NCBI GenBank assembly: GCA_034439735.1
Contig: JAWXAX010000302.1
Coordinates: 40,338 to 104,337, forward strand
From: Rhodothermales bacterium
GTDB taxonomy: Bacteria > Bacteroidota > Rhodothermia > Rhodothermales > JAHQVL01
Length of the DNA: 64,000 bases
Direction of reading: 5' to 3'
A program made the translations under genes and the position numbers. Shown piece by piece: positions 54,357 through 63,791 of this stretch. The notes under the pieces were generated by a model. That model saw only the letters and a program-made list of their open reading frames with translations. It had not been told where the DNA came from and made no database searches. Within the stretch, counting starts at the first letter, position 1, and each line of letters starts with the position of its first letter.

Positions 54357-54920
54357 ATGAAACTCATCCGTATCCTGCGCGCAGGTGTCCCGCGTAGTGG
54401 TGCCTTCTGTTTGTGTCTGGCGTTGGCGCTGGCCGGCTGCGACACCCAGGAGGCCCAGGAGGAATTCGTGGATGACGCCAATCAGCTCCCGGCCGGGGCC
54501 ACCGTCATCCTCGACGACAGCTTTGGCGGCGCCATCTGCCGCGAAGACGCCGACGACTGGCGGATCGCGCCGGTCTACAACGGCGTCGTGTTTGTCGATC
54601 GCCCGCCGGCGCCCAACCCGGTCTCCAGCGCCCTGGTAACCGTCACCCTGCGCGTGTTGCAGTTCGATCGCGTGCGTGGCGGACTCGTCCTCCGCGCGTT
54701 CGGCGCGGCCAATACGCTGCTTGTGCTCGATACGATCCTCGATGCCGGCGCGCCAGGCGAGTATATCTTCCAGTTCAGCCCCTCGCTGTTGAGCGAAAAC
54801 GGTATACATCGGCTGTACATTTTCGATTCATTCAGCGAAATCGTCTCCTACGGCGATCTCTTCGTCGTCGCCCAGCCGGCGCCCACCTGCTCCGTCGCGA
54901 TCACGCTGATCGGGGGATAA
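54357..54920 (+). CDS. Hypothetical lipoprotein
   Basis: ATG 54357. LALALAGCDTQ lipobox. No motif recognised. Confidence 0.5.
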   Translation: MKLIRILRAGVPRSGAFCLCLALALAGCDTQEAQEEFVDDANQLPAGATVILDDSFGGAICREDADDWRIAPVYNGVVFVDRPPAPNPVSSALVTVTLRVLQFDRVRGGLVLRAFGAANTLLVLDTILDAGAPGEYIFQFSPSLLSENGIHRLYIFDSFSEIVSYGDLFVVAQPAPTCSVAITLIGG

Positions 54921-54926
54921 TAGGTT

Positions 54927-55892
54927 TCACCCCTTAGCCGCGCGCTCCAGCCGGTCCATCAGGGCCCGTCCGATGCCCTCGGGCTCGACGCGCTGGCAGT
55001 AGATCGTCTCGATGTCGGCCCGATCCGAGCGACGGAAAAACTGGAATAGGAGGCGGGCGTAGGCCGTGGTATCAGCCGGCGTTTCGTGCAGGCCCAGCGC
55101 CTGGGGGCGGGCATGGGTCGTGAGGCCGATAAAGGCATTGCCCTCGTTTACCGGGACCTCTGCTGGCGTGTCGATCAATACAACGCGGGCCTGCGGGGCG
55201 TAGTGGCGATGGCGGAGACCCGGGCTGCGCACCTCGGTGAGGCGGCTCAGATCTGCGTACCGGATGCCGGGCGCCACCGCCTGCAGGTCGGCCAGCGTAA
55301 CGCCCCCGGGGCGGAGGATCAGCGGCTCATCGGTGGTGCAATCGACCACCGTCGACTCGAGGCCCACGTCGGAGGGGTCCCCCTGGAGGATGCAGGCGAT
55401 CCGGCCCATCATGTCCGCATAGACATCTTCCCAGGTCGTCGGGCTCGGCCGGCCGGAGCGATTGGCTGACGGGGCCGCGACGGGCGTGCCGCACGCTTCG
55501 AGGAACGCGCGGGCGACGGGGTGGCGCGGCATGCGGATGGCGATGGTCGACAATCCGGCGCTCACGCCCGCCGGCACGTCGGCGCGGCGGGGCAGGACGA
55601 GCGTGAGCGGCCCCGGGAATAACGCCTCTATCAGCGCATGGGCCACGGAGGGGACGGTCTCGGCGAGTTGCTCGATCTGCTCGATGGAGGCGATGTGGAC
55701 GATCAACGGGTTGTCCGCCGGCCGGCTCTTGGCGCTGAAAATGGCCTCGATGGCCGCCGGCTGGAAGGCGTCGGCGCCGAGGCCGTAGACGGTCTCGGTC
55801 GGAAAAGCCGCCAGCTGGCCGCGCCGGATGAACGCGGCGGCCTCCTCGGGCGACTCGGTGACGACGGTGGAAAGCGGTAGCTGGAAGGTCAT
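54927..55892 (-). CDS. tsaC: L-threonylcarbamoyladenylate synthase (Sua5/YwlC long form)
   Basis: Start trimmed to ATG 55892 (MTFQLPL). YrdC motifs AAFPTETVYGLGADAF and KSRPADNPLIVHI, plus a Sua5-type C-terminal domain. The track ORF extension overlaps the RND gene. Confidence 0.85.
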   Translation of the reverse strand: MTFQLPLSTVVTESPEEAAAFIRRGQLAAFPTETVYGLGADAFQPAAIEAIFSAKSRPADNPLIVHIASIEQIEQLAETVPSVAHALIEALFPGPLTLVLPRRADVPAGVSAGLSTIAIRMPRHPVARAFLEACGTPVAAPSANRSGRPSPTTWEDVYADMMGRIACILQGDPSDVGLESTVVDCTTDEPLILRPGGVTLADLQAVAPGIRYADLSRLTEVRSPGLRHRHYAPQARVVLIDTPAEVPVNEGNAFIGLTTHARPQALGLHETPADTTAYARLLFQFFRRSDRADIETIYCQRVEPEGIGRALMDRLERAAKG

Positions 55893-55900
55893 GCCCCGCA

Positions 55901-58900
55901 TCACGCCCCATCGCTCGATTTGATTCGCGCCGCGTACCCGACCCGCCGGCTCCACTCCCGCAAGTCGTCCAGCACGATGTAGATCGTGGGCAGGATGATG
56001 AGGGTCACGACGGTCGAAAAGGTCAGCCCGCCCACGATGGCTCGGGCCATCGGGAAGTACGGCGGACCGTCGCCGCCGATCTGGGTCGATCCAAAACAAA
56101 GCGGGATGAGGCCGAGCACGGTCGTCGCGGCCGTCATGACAATCGGGCGAAAACGGTCGTGGCCGGCCTGGAGGATCGCCTCCCGTCGGGCCAGTCCGGT
56201 GCCGCGGAGGTAGTTGACGTGGTCGATCAATACAATCCCGTTGTTCACCACCACGCCAATCAGGATCAGCACCCCGATCCACGCCATAATCTGGAGGGTG
56301 GTGTTGGTCAGAAAAAAGAACCAGAAGACGCCCACGATGGCGAAGACGATGGACGACCAGATCGCGGCCGGATGGATGAGCGACTCGAACAGGGCCGCCA
56401 TCACCAGGTAGATGAGCATCAGCGCGAGGACGATGTTGATCAGCATCAGCTGCTCGCTGGTCGCCTCGTCGCTCCGTCGCTGGGTGTAGCCCCATTCGTA
56501 GCCGGCCGGCAGCTCGTAGTTCGCCAGCACGGCCTCCAGACGCTCCCGGCCCTCGTCCTTGGTGAGGCCGACGAGGTTGACTTGCACACCCAGCATCGTG
56601 ATCCGGTTTTCGCGTTGGATCGACTGCGGGCCGCGGCGGGCGTCGAGCCGGGCGATGGAGGCCAGGCGGACGGAGGCGTTATCCGGCCCCTGAACAGTCA
56701 GGTTTTCGAGATCCTCCAGGCTTTCCTGGTCGGTCCGCTGGAACGCCAGCCGCATGTCCACCTCGCCGTCCGGAGTCCGGAATCGCCGCAGGTTGTACCC
56801 GCGCATCGCCGTGGAGACGGTGCTCGCGATCTGCTGCGTCGAAAAACCGTACTGCCGCGCCCGTTCCCGGTCCACTACCACCTGAATCTCCTCATCCCCC
56901 CGCGCCGCTTCGGAACGGACATCCACGAACCCATCCACCCGGCTCAGGACGCGCGCGACTTCGTTCGTGATTTCGACGAGCCGCTCGCTGGATTCACCCG
57001 AGATCATGATGCGGAGCCCTTCTTCGTCGTTGCCGCCCTGCCAGCTGAAGGAGGGATTGGCGATGGCGAGCTTCGGGAGGCCGGCGCGAATCGAGTCCTG
57101 TATGGCCTCAAGCGAGCGTACGGACGAGTCCGCCGATACCAGTAGGAGCGAAGACTCGGCGTAACCAGGCTCGAAAAAGGTGTAGACCGATTCGATCTCA
57201 AACGCTTCTTTATTGGCGAACAGGAACGCTTCGACCTGTTCGACAGCCTCTTCCACCCGTTCCAGCGTGTACGAGCCGTTGATGTGGTAGTGCAGGTCGA
57301 TGCGTCGCTCCGTGCCATCGTTGTCGGGGAAAAAATCCATCGTGACGAACCGCGCCGGGATGACGACGCTCACCAGGGTAGCCAGGGTGATGCCCACCGC
57401 GGTCCAACGCCGATCCACCAGCCACTCCAGCACCCGGTCGTACACGCGAACGACGGCATCGATCGCGGTTTTTTTCTCGACCAAATCGGGCGACGGCTTG
57501 AGGCGGGCCATGAGCAAAGGCACGACCGTCAGCGACATGAGCAGCGAGACGCCGAGTGCGATACAGATGGAGATCGCGACGTGTTTCATGAACAGCGTCA
57601 CCTCGTCGGCCGGGCTGACGATGAAGGGGAGGAAGACGATGGCGGTGGTGAGCGTGCCGGCTGTCACGGCCAGGGCCACTTCCTTCACTCCCCGCCGTGT
57701 CGCCTCAAATGGCGCATCCGGGTCCATCACCTGATGTCGATGCACACTCTCGGTCACCACCACGGCATTATCCACCAGCATCCCCACGGCTAACATCAGT
57801 CCCATCATCGACAACACGTTGAGCGACAAGTCAAGGAAATAGAGGGCGCCGAGGGTGATGATGATCGATATCGGGACGGCCAGGGTGACGATGAGCGTCG
57901 TGCTCATCCGACGGAGAAAGATGTACAGCACGATGAGAGAAAGCACGGCGCCGATGACGCCGCTCTGGAGCAAATCCGTGAGCGAGGAGATGATCCCGTC
58001 GGCGGCGTTTTCCATGTAGTAGATGTTGACGCCGAGCAGTTCGGGATCCGCCTTGATCGACTCGATCTCCGCCTCTACCAGCCGGCTCACCGCGACGGTG
58101 TTGGCGCCGGACTCCTTCTGGATGTTCATACCGATGGCGTAGGTCCCGTTAAGGTGCCGGCCTTCCGTCCGCTCCGGCTGCTCGAAGGAGACTTCCGCGA
58201 TGTCGCTGAGCCTCAAGCCATCCGGGTTGAGCACGAGATCGCGGATCTCCTCCAGCGTGTGCAGTTCGCCCAGCGGCCGCAGGGTGAATCGGCGGTTGCT
58301 GTCGGTGATGCGGCCGGCGGTCAGCGAAAAATCGCTCTTACTGAGCTGGTCGGCGAGGTCGACGAGGTTGATCCGGTGCGCCGCCACCCGGTCCGCCCGC
58401 AGCTCGATTCGCACCTCGCGGGGATACACGCCATACAACTCCACCTGCGAGACGCCCTCCACGCGCTCTAGACGCTGCTTCACCTTGCGGTTGAGCAGTT
58501 CGTAGGCGCCCGAGAGATCCTGCTCCGAAGAGATGCGCATCATCAGGATCGGCATGTCCGACGTCGAGAACTGGAACGTGTAATACCGCTCTACATCCGA
58601 CGGCCACTGCCGCTGGATGCCATCCAGCTTCTCGCGCACCTCCAGCCCCTTGAGCGTAGTCTCTTCACCCCAATCGAACTGGAGGAATATATCCGCCCCG
58701 CCCTCGTGCGAGGTGGTGCTGAGCGCTTTCAGCCCGCTGATCGTGGCCAGTACTTCTTCCGCGGGCCGGGTGATCTGTTTTTCAACTTCCTCCGGCGTGG
58801 ACCCCCGGTAGGGTACCTGGACGAAGATGCCCGGGAAGTCCACCGACGGAAAATACTCCAGCGCCAGCAGCCGTGCGGCGATGAGGCCGACGACGACGAG

Positions 58901-58960
58901 CGACAGGTACGACATGACGACCGTCACCGGGCGCCGCAACGAAAGATCGGTGAGGCTCAT
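55901..58960 (-). CDS. Efflux RND transporter permease subunit (second of a tandem pair)
   Basis: 1019 aa, AcrB/HAE-type layout with 12 TM and two large periplasmic loops. 4-nt overlap with the upstream RND gene. Confidence 0.9.
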   Translation of the reverse strand: MSLTDLSLRRPVTVVMSYLSLVVVGLIAARLLALEYFPSVDFPGIFVQVPYRGSTPEEVEKQITRPAEEVLATISGLKALSTTSHEGGADIFLQFDWGEETTLKGLEVREKLDGIQRQWPSDVERYYTFQFSTSDMPILMMRISSEQDLSGAYELLNRKVKQRLERVEGVSQVELYGVYPREVRIELRADRVAAHRINLVDLADQLSKSDFSLTAGRITDSNRRFTLRPLGELHTLEEIRDLVLNPDGLRLSDIAEVSFEQPERTEGRHLNGTYAIGMNIQKESGANTVAVSRLVEAEIESIKADPELLGVNIYYMENAADGIISSLTDLLQSGVIGAVLSLIVLYIFLRRMSTTLIVTLAVPISIIITLGALYFLDLSLNVLSMMGLMLAVGMLVDNAVVVTESVHRHQVMDPDAPFEATRRGVKEVALAVTAGTLTTAIVFLPFIVSPADEVTLFMKHVAISICIALGVSLLMSLTVVPLLMARLKPSPDLVEKKTAIDAVVRVYDRVLEWLVDRRWTAVGITLATLVSVVIPARFVTMDFFPDNDGTERRIDLHYHINGSYTLERVEEAVEQVEAFLFANKEAFEIESVYTFFEPGYAESSLLLVSADSSVRSLEAIQDSIRAGLPKLAIANPSFSWQGGNDEEGLRIMISGESSERLVEITNEVARVLSRVDGFVDVRSEAARGDEEIQVVVDRERARQYGFSTQQIASTVSTAMRGYNLRRFRTPDGEVDMRLAFQRTDQESLEDLENLTVQGPDNASVRLASIARLDARRGPQSIQRENRITMLGVQVNLVGLTKDEGRERLEAVLANYELPAGYEWGYTQRRSDEATSEQLMLINIVLALMLIYLVMAALFESLIHPAAIWSSIVFAIVGVFWFFFLTNTTLQIMAWIGVLILIGVVVNNGIVLIDHVNYLRGTGLARREAILQAGHDRFRPIVMTAATTVLGLIPLCFGSTQIGGDGPPYFPMARAIVGGLTFSTVVTLIILPTIYIVLDDLREWSRRVGYAARIKSSDGA

Positions 58961-61900
58961 GTGGGTTCGGTGGTCGGCGTGGCGTCGGGCTTGCGGTCGA
59001 CGAGGGTGTACATGACGGGGATGACGACGAGGGTCAGCAGGGTGGAGACCGACAGGCCTCCGATGACGGTGATGGCCATCGGGGCGCGGATCTCGGCGCC
59101 ATCGCCGATGCCCAGGGCGAGCGGCGCGAGGCCGAGTACGGTGGTAAGCGTCGTCATCAGGATCGGCCGCAGCCGCAGCCGGCCGGCTTCGAGCACGGCT
59201 TCCGCGCGCGGCATCCCATCTTGCCGAAGCTGATTGATGACATCCACCAGAATGATGGCGTTGTTGACGACGATGCCGGCGAGTAAGATCATCCCGATAA
59301 AGACGACGACACTGATGGTGGAGCCTGTCACCCAGAGCGCCAGCACGGCGCCGATCAGGGCCAGCGGGATGCTAAAAAAGATGATCAACGGGTGCAGCAA
59401 CGACTCGAACTGCGACGCCATGATCAGGTACACCAGGAAAACGGCCAGCACGAGGGCAAAAAGGAGCGAGCGGAAGCTGCGTGTCATCTCCTCGCTCTGG
59501 CCGCTGAGCCGCACCGACAGTCCTGCCGGCATCGCCACACGGCCGATCACCGCGTCTATCTCCTCCGCTGCCGCGCCCAGATCCCCATAGGCCAGGTTCG
59601 CCGAAACGATGGCCACCCGTTCCTGCCCGACCCGCCGGATCTCTCCGGGGCCGACATTCACCACCACCTCGGCGACGGCCGACAGCGGGATGGGGCGGTC
59701 GCTTTCCGGGTTGATGATCAGCTCGCGGATCCGGTCGATGTCCTGCCGATCCCGCTCCTGTACCCGTACGAGCACGTCGATCTTGCGGTCGCGCCACGAA
59801 TACCGCGTCGCCACATCGCCCCGGACGCTGCTTACGACGCGGCGCGCCAATTCGTGCACAGGCAGGCCGAGCGCCGCGGCGCGGTCGCGGTCGAAGAAGA
59901 TCTGGACCTCGGGGTTGCCGGTCTCCATGGTGGATTTGACGTCGGCGAACCGATCCGTGTCGGCCAGGCCGGCGGCGATAGCCTGGGAGACCTCCTTTAG
60001 CCGCGTCAGGTCGTAGCCCGAGACCTCGATTTCTATCGGGGTGTCGAACGTAAAGAGGGTTGGGTAGCTGAATTCGTACTGTACCCCGGGCTCGCCGCGC
60101 AGCGAAGTGCGGAGGGCGTCCATGGCCGTGGCTTCGCCGTCGGAGCCGGCGGCGGGGTCCAGGGCAATATGCACCTCGCCCCAGTTCTCTCCGCCCTGAT
60201 CCGGGTTGGCGTCCATCCGGTTGCCCGTGCCGGCGACGGCGAAGGACGATTGGATGGCCGGCACGTCCAGCGCGGCTCGTTGCATCCGGGTCAGGACCTG
60301 ATCAGTCTGCTCCAGCGGCGTTCCGGGCGCGAGGCGGAAGGACACGTTGAATTCTCCCTGGGTGAGCTGCGGGATCAGTTCGATCCCCAGCCGGGGCACC
60401 AGGGCCAACGATCCCCCGAATGCCAGAAGCGCGAGACCCAGCACGACGGCGCGGTGACCGAGCGACCACCGGAGCAGGGGGAGGTACCGCGCGGCGAGGA
60501 AACCGTACCCCGCGTTGAAGCCGGCCACGAGCGGAGAAAAGGCGATTCGCGCGCCCCGCGAGACCAGTCTGAAGAAGCCGTACACATAGCGAGCGACGGC
60601 GTCTGGAAACCGCTGGAACACCGCCAGCCGCGCCGTCCGCATCGCCCGGCCGAAACGCGTCTTCGGCTCTTTAAGGACAGGTACCGGCGGCGGCTCCGCT
60701 ACGCCCGTTTTTCGGAGCGACGCCATCATTGGAATCAGGGTAATCGCCACGAGCAACGACGCCAGCAGCGAAAACGTTACCGTAAGCGCCTGGTCGCGGA
60801 AGAGCTGGCCGGCGATGCCCTGCACAAAAACGAGCGGGAAAAAGACGGCGATGGTCGTCAACGTCGAGGCGACTACGGCCTGCGTCACCTCCGTTGCCCC
60901 GGTTCGCGCGGCCTCAACGGGGGAAGCGCCGAGTTCGCGATGGCGCGCGATGTTTTCGAGCACGACGATCGAGTTGTCCACCAGCATGCCGATACCCAGC
61001 GCGAGGCCGCCGAGGGACATGATATTCAGCGACAGATCGAAGCCGTACATCATGTTGAAGGTGGCGATGATTGACACCGGGATCGAGACAGAGATGATGA
61101 CCGTCGTCCGGAAATCCCGCAGAAACAGATACAGGATGAAGATGGCCAGCAGGCCCCCGAAGAGGCCGGCGTTCACCACCTCGTTGACGGCGCTTTCGAT
61201 GAAGGTCGATTGATCGTATACCTTCTCGACCGCCATGCTCGACGGCAGACTGCTCTGGATCGCCTCCAGCCGGCGTTCGATGTTGCGGGCGACGTCCACC
61301 GTGTTGGCGTCGCCTTCTTTGTAGATGGCGACTTCGACGGCCTCCCGACCGTTGATCCGGGTGATGGCCTCGCGCTCTTTATAGCCGAGGTTCACCGTGG
61401 CGATGTCGTGGAGGTATACCGGCGCATTCCCGTCCGGCACGATGATCACGTCGCCGATTTCCTCGACGGTGCCGAACTCGTTGACCGTCCGCACCAGGTA
61501 TTCCTGTACGCCTTCTTCGAGCCGGCCGCCCGAGAGGTTGACGTTCTCCGCGCTCAGCACCTGGACGACCTGCCCGGTGGTGAGGTTGAGCTGGGAGAGC
61601 TTTTTCTGGTCGAGAAGCACCTGGACCTCGTCTTCCAGCCCGCCGCTGATTTTCACGGCCGCGACGCCGGCGGTCGATTCCAGGTCCTTTTTGAGCTGCT
61701 CGTCGGCGAATCGGCGAAGCTGTTTGAGTTCGCTGTCGTTGAACGTAGGCTCCTCGGTCGCTCTATCGTCCCCGGCCAGGGCGACTGGCGTGGCGCCGGC
61801 GTCCGCCATGAGTGGGGCATCCGGCTTACGGAACAGCCCGAAACGCATGATGGGATCCAGGCTCGGGTCGAACCGGAGCAGCACCGGTCGCTCCGCTTCG

Positions 61901-62256
61901 AGCGGGAGCTGGAGCGCGTCCAGTTTCTCTCGGACTTCCATCCGCGCCACGTCGATGTCCGCCCCCCAGGCGAATTCGAGGACGACATCCGACTGCCCCG
62001 TGCGCGAGATCGACTCGATCTTGACGAGGTTCTTCACGACTCCGAGGGCCTCCTCGACTGGCTTTGAGATCAGATTTTCAACCTCCGCCGGCGCCGCGCC
62101 GTCGTAGGCGGTGCGGACGGTGAGTGTCGGAAACGTGAGGTCGGGCAGCAGGTTCAGCGACAGCCGGCTCAGGGAAACCCCCCCGAACAATAACACCGCC
62201 AGCGTGAACATGGCGATCGTGACCCGCCGGCGGATGGATAGGTCGATCAGGGACAT
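58957..62256 (-). CDS. Efflux RND transporter permease subunit (first of a tandem pair)
   Basis: 1099 aa, AcrB-type. N-terminus MSLIDLSIRRRVTIAMFTLAVLLFG parallels MSLTDLSLRRPVTVVMSYLSLVVVG of the downstream paralog. Confidence 0.9.
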   Translation of the reverse strand: MSLIDLSIRRRVTIAMFTLAVLLFGGVSLSRLSLNLLPDLTFPTLTVRTAYDGAAPAEVENLISKPVEEALGVVKNLVKIESISRTGQSDVVLEFAWGADIDVARMEVREKLDALQLPLEAERPVLLRFDPSLDPIMRFGLFRKPDAPLMADAGATPVALAGDDRATEEPTFNDSELKQLRRFADEQLKKDLESTAGVAAVKISGGLEDEVQVLLDQKKLSQLNLTTGQVVQVLSAENVNLSGGRLEEGVQEYLVRTVNEFGTVEEIGDVIIVPDGNAPVYLHDIATVNLGYKEREAITRINGREAVEVAIYKEGDANTVDVARNIERRLEAIQSSLPSSMAVEKVYDQSTFIESAVNEVVNAGLFGGLLAIFILYLFLRDFRTTVIISVSIPVSIIATFNMMYGFDLSLNIMSLGGLALGIGMLVDNSIVVLENIARHRELGASPVEAARTGATEVTQAVVASTLTTIAVFFPLVFVQGIAGQLFRDQALTVTFSLLASLLVAITLIPMMASLRKTGVAEPPPVPVLKEPKTRFGRAMRTARLAVFQRFPDAVARYVYGFFRLVSRGARIAFSPLVAGFNAGYGFLAARYLPLLRWSLGHRAVVLGLALLAFGGSLALVPRLGIELIPQLTQGEFNVSFRLAPGTPLEQTDQVLTRMQRAALDVPAIQSSFAVAGTGNRMDANPDQGGENWGEVHIALDPAAGSDGEATAMDALRTSLRGEPGVQYEFSYPTLFTFDTPIEIEVSGYDLTRLKEVSQAIAAGLADTDRFADVKSTMETGNPEVQIFFDRDRAAALGLPVHELARRVVSSVRGDVATRYSWRDRKIDVLVRVQERDRQDIDRIRELIINPESDRPIPLSAVAEVVVNVGPGEIRRVGQERVAIVSANLAYGDLGAAAEEIDAVIGRVAMPAGLSVRLSGQSEEMTRSFRSLLFALVLAVFLVYLIMASQFESLLHPLIIFFSIPLALIGAVLALWVTGSTISVVVFIGMILLAGIVVNNAIILVDVINQLRQDGMPRAEAVLEAGRLRLRPILMTTLTTVLGLAPLALGIGDGAEIRAPMAITVIGGLSVSTLLTLVVIPVMYTLVDRKPDATPTTEPT

Positions 62257-62432
62257 GAGAGGTTGAGGGTTGGCAGGTTACAGGTTGCAGGTTTGCAGGT
62301 TTGCAGGTTTGCAGGTTTGCAGGTTGCAGGTTTGCAGGTTGGCAGGTTACAGGTTGGTTTTATCGTCAGGGCAAGGGCAGCGCCTTCATCTTGAGAAACC
62401 TGCCAACTTGTAACCTGCCAACCTGCAACCTA
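62257..62432 (-). repeat. GCAGGTT/AACCTGC word hairpin, copy 3 (MFP-RND spacer), with a tandem 7/8-mer run
   Basis: Fills the whole 173-nt spacer. Sense strand: TAG GTTGCAGGTTGGCAGGTTACAAGTTGGCAGGTTT, then ~40-nt spacer, then AACCAACCTGTAACCTGCCAACCTGCAAACCTGCAACCTGCAAACCTGCAAACCTGCAAACCTGCAAACCTGCAACCTGTAACCTGCCAACC, ending a few nt before the RND ATG. Confidence 0.85.
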
Positions 62433-63488
62433 TTGCCAGATCACCTCCACCTTGCTGCTGTCGCGTAGGCTGGACTGGCCGGCGGTGATGACGGTGTCGC
62501 CCTCGGCGAGGCCGGCGAGGATTTCGTAATGCTGCGTGTCGCCGTAGCCGCGCTCGATATCCAGCCGGAAGGCTTCGCTGTTACGCACGACGTAGACGGA
62601 GGCGACTTCATCTTCCACGATTACGGCCTCTTTTGGCACGAGGAGGGCGTTGTCGCGGGTGTCGTACACAATCTGGATCCGCCCGAACATGCCCGGCTTG
62701 AGCTGCCGGCTCGCATCCCGCACCTCGATCGTCACCTTGAACGTCCCGGTCGCGGGGTCGACGATCGGGCTGATGCGCTTGATCGAGCCGGTGAAGACGC
62801 TGCCACTCATGGCGTCCACGCCGAGGCGCGCCTCCTGCCCGACACGCAACTTGCCCAGTTCACGCTCCGGCGCGTGCATAACGGCAAGTAGCGGGTCGAA
62901 ATCGGAGATATGGAAGGCCGGATCGCCCACCCGCAGGCTATGGCCGATCTTGATGAACCGCTGGGCGATGATGCCGGCGATGGGGGCGGTGATCATCGTG
63001 TAATCGAGCTCCAGTTTCGCCAGGTTATACGCCGCCTGTTGAGCCTCGAAGTCAGACCGGATCCGCTCGTATTCCTCGACACTGATGAGTTGCTTCTCGT
63101 ACAGCCCTTCGTTGCGCAGGTGTTCGCGTTTGAGTTTGTTGAGATTGACCTCCGTGCGGGCGAGCTCGAGCGCGAGGCGCTCGCCGTCCAGCTTCGCAAG
63201 CGGCTGGCCGGCTTTGACATACTGGCCTTCCTCGACAAACAACTCGGTTACGACGCCACCGGCCTTTGTGGCAACACTGGCCTCTTCTTCTGCTTCCAGG
63301 GAAGCGGTGCCCGTGTAGTAAGCGGATATGGTCCCGCGAGAGGCCGACACGGCTTCGACGGGGATCGTCGTTTCTTCCGCCTTTTCTTCTTCGGGGGATT
63401 TGGATTGAGCTTCGCCGCTGCAGCCGGCGTTGGAATAAGAGAGCAGGGACAACAGCAGGACAACGGCGGTGGATTCTACGGCACGCAT
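62430..63488 (-). CDS. Efflux RND transporter periplasmic adaptor (MFP/HlyD family) lipoprotein
   Basis: ATG 63488. SYSNAGCSG lipobox. Coiled-coil hairpin (LARTEVNLNKLKREHLRNEGLYEKQLIS) and beta-barrel domains typical of the family. Confidence 0.85.
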   Translation of the reverse strand: MRAVESTAVVLLLSLLSYSNAGCSGEAQSKSPEEEKAEETTIPVEAVSASRGTISAYYTGTASLEAEEEASVATKAGGVVTELFVEEGQYVKAGQPLAKLDGERLALELARTEVNLNKLKREHLRNEGLYEKQLISVEEYERIRSDFEAQQAAYNLAKLELDYTMITAPIAGIIAQRFIKIGHSLRVGDPAFHISDFDPLLAVMHAPERELGKLRVGQEARLGVDAMSGSVFTGSIKRISPIVDPATGTFKVTIEVRDASRQLKPGMFGRIQIVYDTRDNALLVPKEAVIVEDEVASVYVVRNSEAFRLDIERGYGDTQHYEILAGLAEGDTVITAGQSSLRDSSKVEVIWQ

Positions 63489-63589
63489 GGACGGCTCCAG
63501 GAGAATGAAAGGCGAGATCGGAACGACGGGATCTACGGATGCCGCGCCGCCGATGTTACAGAGGGGCCGTGGTTCGGTCGTCCCCCGTC

Positions 63590-63791
63590 GTAGAGACGCA
63601 ATACATTGCGTCTCCATCGCGTCGCCGCCATCGCGTCGCCGCCTCACGTCGCCGCCTCACGTCGCCGCATCATGTCGCCGCATCGCGTCGCCCCATCGCG
63701 TCGCCGCATCATGTCGCCGCATCATGTCGCCCCATCGCGTCGGCCCATCGCCCCGGCCGTCCATTGGAGACGCAATGTATTGCGTCTCTAC
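63590..63791. repeat. Composite element: 27-bp perfect inverted repeats (each a near-palindrome) flanking ~11 tandem 13/14-bp units
   Basis: Left GTAGAGACGCAATACATTGCGTCTCCA (63590-63616). Right TGGAGACGCAATGTATTGCGTCTCTAC (63765-63791) is its exact reverse complement. Core is (C)ATCGCGTCGCCGC / CTCACGTCGCCGC / ATCATGTCGCCGC units. The right repeat contains the stop codon of the TonB-dependent receptor gene. Confidence 0.85.

Noticed and set aside
55893-56495. N-terminal extension of the tsaC ORF (522 aa) overlapping the RND permease
   Set aside because: Same reasoning. The YrdC domain starts at MTFQLPL (ATG 55892) and the upstream part is an Arg/Asp/Pro-rich shadow of the RND gene.
63590-63791. 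Calling the composite inverted-repeat element a bona fide mobile element (MITE)
   Set aside because: I saw no target-site duplication and there is no transposase in the window. The terminal repeats are themselves palindromic REP-like hairpins that also occur singly (50050, 13176). It is kept as a repeat and reported as a finding instead.
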